Shown here: piece by piece, positions 55,135 through 60,008 of the stretch
Layout of the letters: every line of letters starts with the position of its first letter
Numbering within the stretch: the stretch's first letter is position 1
Source of the DNA: a virus
Lineage: Duplodnaviria > Caudoviricetes
IMG/VR virus record: IMGVR_UViG_3300032330_000731
Coordinates: 1-60,008 of that record
Direction: 5' to 3' (one strand)
DNA length: 60,008 nt
Translations under genes and position numbers: made by a program
Notes under the pieces: model-generated
What the model was told of the DNA's origin: nothing
The model's input: only the letters and a program-made list of their open reading frames with translations
Database searches by the model: none

Positions 55135-55353
55135 ACCTAAAGGCCCCCCTTCCCCATTGAAGGGGATCGGGGGAAGGTGCCACCGCCTTGCGGCATCTGC
55201 ATGCTAGTCTCCTAGCCCCTGGGCTTGCAGATAAGTCCAGCCCCACGGATTGTAGGGTAGTTGCCCTTGCCTTTCGGCTACCGTGTACCCTGTTCTTCCA
55301 CGCTGCCGGGTTCGCACTTGCTATCGGATGGAGTCCGAGGGGTGTCCCCCTGG
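55135..55353 (-). ncRNA. structured RNA / leader upstream of the primase operon (unknown family)
   Basis: three GNRA-capped hairpins and a possible pseudoknot on the minus strand; upstream TTGCAC-N16-TACAGT. Confidence 0.55.
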
Positions 55354-55453
55354 GGTCGCACTGTAGCAGGCTGCGCGCAAAGTGCAAGCCCCTTTGTGTG
55401 TTGTATGTTGGCAACAAAGCCCATGATGTGAGCCATATGTTTAAACACAGGTC

Positions 55454-55482
55454 TTGATACATTTAATTGTCTTTGCTACACT
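55454..55482 (+). promoter_or_regulatory. sigma70 promoter (extended -10)
   Basis: TTGATA-N17-TACACT with TGn before the -10. Confidence 0.7.
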
Positions 55483-55488
55483 AGCCGT

Positions 55489-55577
55489 GCCGGCTACTCC
55501 CCCGGCTCCGGGTCGCAGGCTCTGTCTCCCCGGGTCTTAGCCCTCACCTTGCTTACGCTTGGTGGGGGCCTTTTTTT
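55489..55577 (+). ncRNA. candidate ~90-nt sRNA with C-rich anti-SD loops
   Basis: promoter, two hairpins with CUCCC loops, then a terminator hairpin plus T7. Confidence 0.65.
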
Positions 55578-55973
55578 GGGCGCCACATCTTCCATAGGCT
55601 CGATCAGGATGTCCGTCCTGGGCGACACAGGATCAAGATGCCAGTAGATGTGCTTCTCCTTTACCTGCCTGTCGTTGATGTAAACAACGTCTTGAAGTAG
55701 ATCAAGAATCAAAGACTCATCTAGGTCAGGGCGTCTACTCGCATAGTAGATGTGCAAGGTCACCCGTACATCACAACTCAACAACGGGCTACATCGCTTG
55801 CACTGTCGTTTAAATGACTCAGAGTAGGTCAACGCCTTCTCTGACTTGATCAGTCTTGACATCCCGCCGTACCGCACCACACGACGACTGTTCGCCTTGC
55901 TGGCCGGCTCATCAAAAATTGTTTGCGATAGTGCTTGCGCGCCATCATTGCGTGTGCTATCGTCTAGGCTCAT
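55494..55973 (-). CDS. rusA: RusA-like Holliday junction resolvase
   Basis: PASKANSRR; RRPDLD...ILD.LQ...Y.NDRQV; exact start uncertain. Confidence 0.85.
   Translation of the reverse strand: MSLDDSTRNDGAQALSQTIFDEPASKANSRRVVRYGGMSRLIKSEKALTYSESFKRQCKRCSPLLSCDVRVTLHIYYASRRPDLDESLILDLLQDVVYINDRQVKEKHIYWHLDPVSPRTDILIEPMEDVAPKKRPPPSVSKVRAKTRGDRACDPEPGE
55540..55577 (+). terminator. rho-independent terminator
   Basis: GCCCTCACC-N12-GGTGGGGGC-C-TTTTTTT. Confidence 0.75.
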
Positions 55974-55986
55974 CGAAGGAGTTCTT

Positions 55987-56841
55987 ATGAAGGTGACCAA
56001 CAAGCACAACGCACCAGCTACGCTGATGACGTTGGCAACCACTGAATACTACAGCAAGGGTGCTGCGCAGTATTCTGTAACAGAGATCATGGGGCCACCC
56101 AAGATCAGGAGGCTAAGGGAGCAGTACAACGAGCAAATCACTACCGACGTCTCAGACATGCTGTGGCAGCTTCTAGGCTCTGCCCTACATGTAGTGATGG
56201 AACGCGGACAGACCGAGAACCATATCACCGAAGAACGCTTGTTCACTGTTGTAAATGGTGCAACCATCAGCGGGCAGATCGACCTCCAGGAAGTCACCCC
56301 TCAAGGGATCATCATCACCGACTACAAGTTGACAAGTGGCTGGGCAGTGATGCAGAACAAAGCTGAGTGGGAAGAGCAGCTTAACATTTACAAATGGCTG
56401 GTCGAGGTAGCTAAGAAAGAGAAAGTCACTGCGCTTTACATCTGCGCTTTGATCCGGGACTTTGACAAGCACAGCAACAAAGAAGGTTATCCAGAAGCCC
56501 CGATCCACATGCTTAGTATCCCCATGTGGACCGCTGGAAAGGCTCAGGCTCACGTAGAACAACGCATTGCCCTCCACAGTGCAGCCAAGGCAAAACATGA
56601 GCTTGGAGAGCCTTTAGACGACTGCACAGACCAAGAGCGATGGATGTCTGAACCTGTCTTTGCTGTTAAGCGAGAAGGTAGGAAGACGGCCATCAAGTTG
56701 TTTACATCTAAAGAAGCAGCAGAGGAGTTGGCAATCAAAGAAAAAGGTTATGTTGAAACGCGCCTTGCAGAGCCTAAGCGATGCACAGGTAATTACTGCG
56801 GTGTCGCAGAGTGGTGTACTCAATATCAGGAGTCAAAGTGA
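55987..56841 (+). CDS. PD-(D/E)xK (Cas4/RecB-like) exonuclease
   Basis: G.ALH...E; ISGQID; ITDYK; QLNIY; C-terminal RC..NYC.V..WC.QY. Confidence 0.85.
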   Translation: MKVTNKHNAPATLMTLATTEYYSKGAAQYSVTEIMGPPKIRRLREQYNEQITTDVSDMLWQLLGSALHVVMERGQTENHITEERLFTVVNGATISGQIDLQEVTPQGIIITDYKLTSGWAVMQNKAEWEEQLNIYKWLVEVAKKEKVTALYICALIRDFDKHSNKEGYPEAPIHMLSIPMWTAGKAQAHVEQRIALHSAAKAKHELGEPLDDCTDQERWMSEPVFAVKREGRKTAIKLFTSKEAAEELAIKEKGYVETRLAEPKRCTGNYCGVAEWCTQYQESK

Positions 56842-57107
56842 AAAAACTACTTGCAGATTTTAGTATGGCTTCCGGTTTGTTAATAAAGCATATCGGTGGT
56901 TTTCACCCATCATACAACCCTCTTCGCAGAGAAGTTGATGGGTTTACATATGACGAAGAGCTTCAAGAACCCGGCGTTATTAGCGCTGTAGCTACAACTT
57001 ACACAAGTTGCGATTTGCGAGAATTTGCTGCAGCTTTTATTGAAGTTGCAGACTGGCTGGATAAGCGCGCAGAACTGGCGCAGCTTGAACTGGAGAAGTC
57101 GAAGTGA
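56838..57107 (+). CDS. hypothetical protein
   Basis: GTG start coupled to neighbours on both sides. Confidence 0.6.
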   Translation: MKKLLADFSMASGLLIKHIGGFHPSYNPLRREVDGFTYDEELQEPGVISAVATTYTSCDLREFAAAFIEVADWLDKRAELAQLELEKSK

Positions 57108-57805
57108 ATGCCAATGATCTTTTGAAGCTCAATGTAAATGATCACGTTGAGAAGAAGAATGGCCTAAGCTATCTTTCATGGGCCTGGGCCTGGGCCGAGG
57201 CTTTGAAGGCTGACCCTACAGCAACGTTCCACGTTGAGTCCTATGAAGTTGACGGGCAAACGCAGTGCTACATGGATGTAAACGGAACTGCGATGGTGTG
57301 GGTGCGGGTCACCATGTTTGGTAAACCCATGACTTGTATGCTTCCGGTGATGAACTCAAAGAATGAACCCATCCCACTGATAGGACGGACGTTCAAAGAC
57401 AAGTTTGGTAAGGATAAGACAGAGAGGGTTGATGCCTTCAATGTCAACTCCGCAATCATGCGTTGCATGACCAAGGCTTTGGCCCTACATGGTCTTGGCC
57501 TTTACATCTATGCCGGAGAAGACCTGCCGGAAGAAGATGACAAGAAGGAAGACAAGAAGGAAGACAAAAAAGAAGAGCGAAAAGTTGACGAAAAAGCAAC
57601 AAAAGCCCCTAAGAGCGATGCTGATATTGAGTTGTTTGCTAAGAGCATGATCGAGTACACTCTTTTTTCAAAGACAGCAAGCGGACTGAATTCATTCTGG
57701 ATTGCCAACAAAGCGCAGCTAGATGAACTGAAGGTGTCGCATCCCGGGTTGTATGCAACGGTTCTTGATTCTTTTAAGGCTGCTAAGGCCGCAATTGGAG
57801 AGTAA
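57104..57805 (+). CDS. sak: Sak-like (DUF1071, Rad52-type) single-strand annealing protein
   Basis: EKKNGLSYLSWAWAW; LPVM; N.AIMRC.TKALA.HGLGLYIYAGEDLP. Confidence 0.9.
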   Translation: MNANDLLKLNVNDHVEKKNGLSYLSWAWAWAEALKADPTATFHVESYEVDGQTQCYMDVNGTAMVWVRVTMFGKPMTCMLPVMNSKNEPIPLIGRTFKDKFGKDKTERVDAFNVNSAIMRCMTKALALHGLGLYIYAGEDLPEEDDKKEDKKEDKKEERKVDEKATKAPKSDADIELFAKSMIEYTLFSKTASGLNSFWIANKAQLDELKVSHPGLYATVLDSFKAAKAAIGE

Positions 57806-58080
57806 TGATGGCAGATTTTGAACAACAGGCCGACTCTGGCCGACTGATGGCAAACGCAACCAAGAAGACTCAGAAGTCTCCCGACTACTGGGGTGAGATT
57901 GCGATTGATCCCAAAGACTTGACCAATGTGCAGGTGGTCAATGGTTTACATGTCTTCAAGCTCAGTGGCTGGAAGAAGACTAGCAAGTCAGGAGCGGTTT
58001 ACTTGTCTGTCTCGGTGAATAGATACGTTCCTGAAGGCACAGTTACTAAGCAAGACCAACAAGACGATGTTCCGTTTTAA
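57805..58080 (+). CDS. putative ssDNA-binding protein
   Basis: SG.L.......K.PDY.G; LSGWKK.SK.G..YLS; acidic DDVPF tail; follows Sak. Confidence 0.7.
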   Translation: MMADFEQQADSGRLMANATKKTQKSPDYWGEIAIDPKDLTNVQVVNGLHVFKLSGWKKTSKSGAVYLSVSVNRYVPEGTVTKQDQQDDVPF

Positions 58081-58099
58081 TTAAAACTTGGATATAAAA

Positions 58100-58522
58100 A
58101 TGAAAAACTTTATTGTTATTGTTTTGGTATTTTCTGTTTCTGCATGTAGCTCTAAGCTTGCTTCGCAAGACATCGTAGACACAAACATGACTATCTCTCG
58201 CCTAAATGCTCAGAAAAATGCAAATAGTTACTTGCCTCAAGCTTGGCCCGAAGGTTCTGTCCATCCACAATGGAACTCCAAGCCAACGCGCATTTTGATG
58301 CAGTCTGATTCAAGTATCACTGCGGAATGCCGATACGGCGATGGTTGGGCTTCAGGTGATCTGCAGTTTGAAAACGGCAGGTCCATCAAAATTAAGTGCC
58401 AAACAAATGGTGTTGGCAAAGGCATCAATGGCTGCATGCAAGATGCAGAGTTTCAGACCAAAGCATACAAAGCCGAAGACGGCAAGTGCGCCAATCTTGA
58501 TAAATTGGAGAAATTCCAATGA
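58100..58522 (+). CDS. lipoprotein
   Basis: MKNFIVIVLVFSVSAC signal peptide and lipobox; four further Cys. Confidence 0.8.
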   Translation: MKNFIVIVLVFSVSACSSKLASQDIVDTNMTISRLNAQKNANSYLPQAWPEGSVHPQWNSKPTRILMQSDSSITAECRYGDGWASGDLQFENGRSIKIKCQTNGVGKGINGCMQDAEFQTKAYKAEDGKCANLDKLEKFQ

Positions 58523-58620
58523 TGGGAGACTTAGCAGCAGCTTTAATTTTTGTGTTTGGCTTAATTGTTGGTTGCATGCTAAACATTTTAGTAAAGCGAT
58601 TCTTCGGCAAATTCAAATAA
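58519..58620 (+). CDS. small membrane peptide (33 aa)
   Basis: hand translation MMGDLAAALIFVFGLIVGCMLNILVKRFFGKFK; ATGA coupling. Confidence 0.5.
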   Translation: MMGDLAAALIFVFGLIVGCMLNILVKRFFGKFK

Positions 58621-58626
58621 AGTTAT

Positions 58627-59013
58627 ATGCCAATGAACTTTGAATGCCTCAAGGTGGCGCTCAAGCAAGACCGCACAGGTTTTGTCTTGACGCTAAAGAT
58701 TCACCCCGATGAAATCCCGGAAGCACTTATCCGCGACTTTGTTGGTGCCCGGTATGGCTGCGCTTTAGTTCGTATAAATGACGACGAGACGCCGGTTGTT
58801 TACAACGACCGGGTAATGAGGGCAGCAACTCTCTGCAAAGACAAAGAGTTTCATGGATTCCTCGGTGTTCTTAGTGAGGATACTGCAGTAGAAGCTCTGT
58901 ATAAATACTGTAGGATTTCTTCTAGGTCTGAGCTTAACGGTAATAAGAAAGCTCAGGATTTGTTTGATACCCTATTTGCAGAATACAAAGAAAGTCAAAA
59001 TGACCCATTCTAA
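58627..59013 (+). CDS. conserved phage hypothetical protein
   Basis: FE..KVALKQD..G.VLTL.IHPDE.PE...RDFVGARY; SRSEL. Confidence 0.75.
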   Translation: MPMNFECLKVALKQDRTGFVLTLKIHPDEIPEALIRDFVGARYGCALVRINDDETPVVYNDRVMRAATLCKDKEFHGFLGVLSEDTAVEALYKYCRISSRSELNGNKKAQDLFDTLFAEYKESQNDPF

Positions 59014-59293
59014 ACTAAAGTCCTTCCTAGCTTATATTGAGCCAGAGTCATACGATGAGCTAAAGAAGTTTGCATTGGCTAATAAGATTCCAATGACAAG
59101 GGTTGCGCGAGAAGCAATTAACGCACGGCTGTCTGGCAATGAACCTTACACAGCAGGATTTGATGAGGGCATTCAGCGGGCCATTGATTCTGTAAACAAG
59201 AATAAAGCAGCGCAGATGCGGTTTCCGAATGGCGAATCTGTTGCAGATTTAATTATCAAAGAGCTAAAAAATGAAATCATTGCCAAGCCCTGA
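59000..59293 (+). CDS. ribbon-helix-helix-like DNA-binding protein
   Basis: F.AYI....Y..LKKFA....IPMT.V.REAI..RL. Confidence 0.65.
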   Translation: MTHSKLKSFLAYIEPESYDELKKFALANKIPMTRVAREAINARLSGNEPYTAGFDEGIQRAIDSVNKNKAAQMRFPNGESVADLIIKELKNEIIAKP

Positions 59294-59344
59294 ACAACGC
59301 AGGGAGATTCGTTCTACAAAAAACATCAAAAATCGAGCAAAGAA

Positions 59345-59674
59345 ATGAAAAAGATTGATATGATCCGATCAGAGCTTGCCAAAGACATCAACCGCAGCGC
59401 AGCACTTATTGCAGAAATGACTGATAGTCAACCGCAATATGTAAACATGATTCGCCGTAGGGTTAAAGCAGAGATTGCTAACACCACGTCAAAGGTGCTT
59501 GAAAAGCCTAAGCGTAAGTCGTCAAAGGCGGTGGGAATTGCAAGTTTATATCTGCCAAAGCCTGAGCCTGTGAAGAAAAAATTTTATAACACAGAGCATA
59601 AAAACTACTATTGGATTGGTGCCGTTTCAATTGTTTGTATCTTTGCTTATGTCATTTGGCATGCTGCGCAATGA
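59345..59674 (+). CDS. hypothetical protein with C-terminal TM
   Basis: N-terminal HTH-like segment; hydrophobic C-terminus. Confidence 0.65.
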   Translation: MKKIDMIRSELAKDINRSAALIAEMTDSQPQYVNMIRRRVKAEIANTTSKVLEKPKRKSSKAVGIASLYLPKPEPVKKKFYNTEHKNYYWIGAVSIVCIFAYVIWHAAQ

Positions 59675-59895
59675 TTATTGGCAAAGGAAAAGCTGGTAGG
59701 CCACCTAGTATTGGATGGTGGCCTACTGGAGAACACACTCTGCGATGGTGGGATGGGGAGTTTTGGAGTTGGCCTTGCATAGACACAGACAAAGAGATTG
59801 ATGTTAGGTACTACAGTGCAAAGCGCGACCCGGCGCAAGACAAGATTAAATGGTATCCGCGCCCAAAAGAATGGCCGGAAAGAAGCAAAACTTAG
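59671..59895 (+). CDS. Trp-rich hypothetical protein
   Basis: PPSIGWWP......RWWDG..WS...W..RP..WP. Confidence 0.7.
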   Translation: MIIGKGKAGRPPSIGWWPTGEHTLRWWDGEFWSWPCIDTDKEIDVRYYSAKRDPAQDKIKWYPRPKEWPERSKT

Positions 59896-60008
59896 GAGTT
59901 AAAAATGAATGCAGCAAGACTTGACATTACACAGTCTTATCAGTTGATGGTCCTCGTTAAGGATGAGTTTGTAAGCTCCAACCTTAACGATGGTGAATTT
60001 GCGGAGTA
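59886..60008. repeat. terminal direct repeat (assembly circularisation overlap), copy 2
   Basis: identical to 1..123; ORF 59671..59895 runs into it and the 20..295 gene start is repeated. Confidence 0.97.

Noticed and set aside
54884-55462. 192-aa minus-strand ORF
   Set aside because: Composition is not protein-like, and it overlaps both the HNH-like gene and the hairpin-rich region; only a short part from ~55075 might be coding
57537-57575. (E/D)DKK tandem repeat in Sak
   Set aside because: Simple low-complexity linker
1-60008. tRNA genes, integrase, DNA polymerase, reverse transcriptase/DGR, alternative genetic code
   Set aside because: No such motifs seen by eye, and genes are intact and tightly packed under the standard code; tRNAscan-SE and HMM searches would be needed to exclude them fully

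Overview
The window looks like a complete, circularly assembled genome of a tailed dsDNA phage (about 59,885 bp plus a 123-bp end overlap). It is probably a podovirus-type phage of a Betaproteobacterium (Burkholderiales-like); the host call is inference. The minus-strand late arm (about 46.2 kb down to 7.3 kb) runs terS, a LexA-like HTH gene, terL, portal, GroES-like, scaffold, major capsid, fibre/spike proteins, a free-standing HNH-type endonuclease, a cluster of small basic proteins, adaptor/tail-tube proteins, a holin, ejection proteins and a 3132-aa polyvalent protein. A GC-rich plus-strand early operon (46.9-52 kb) encodes a degenerate SprT-like protein, a MoxR/CobS-like AAA+ ATPase and a CobT-like VWA protein. 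The replication/recombination block (52-58 kb) holds an intein-containing primase-helicase, RusA, a PD-(D/E)xK exonuclease, Sak and an SSB-like protein. Many small accessory genes and a lysozyme follow (58 kb round to 7.3 kb). I saw no DNA polymerase, integrase, tRNA or CRISPR array. The most striking signals are: (1) a 550-bp intergenic array of apparent host-protein binding sites, with two oppositely oriented blocks of four DnaA boxes around four 23-bp-phased GTCTT-N4-AAGAC palindromes, plus a consensus sigma-54 site; (2) two back-to-back non-coding RNA candidates at 55.1-55.6 kb; (3) two overprinted small genes and four [FY]SLR junctions with a shared DNA core inside the giant protein; (4) a repeated (F/Y/M/L)xxGG motif across putative internal virion proteins; (5) gene insertions that duplicate the 5' end of the target gene. 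All calls come from reading motifs by eye; no database searches were run.
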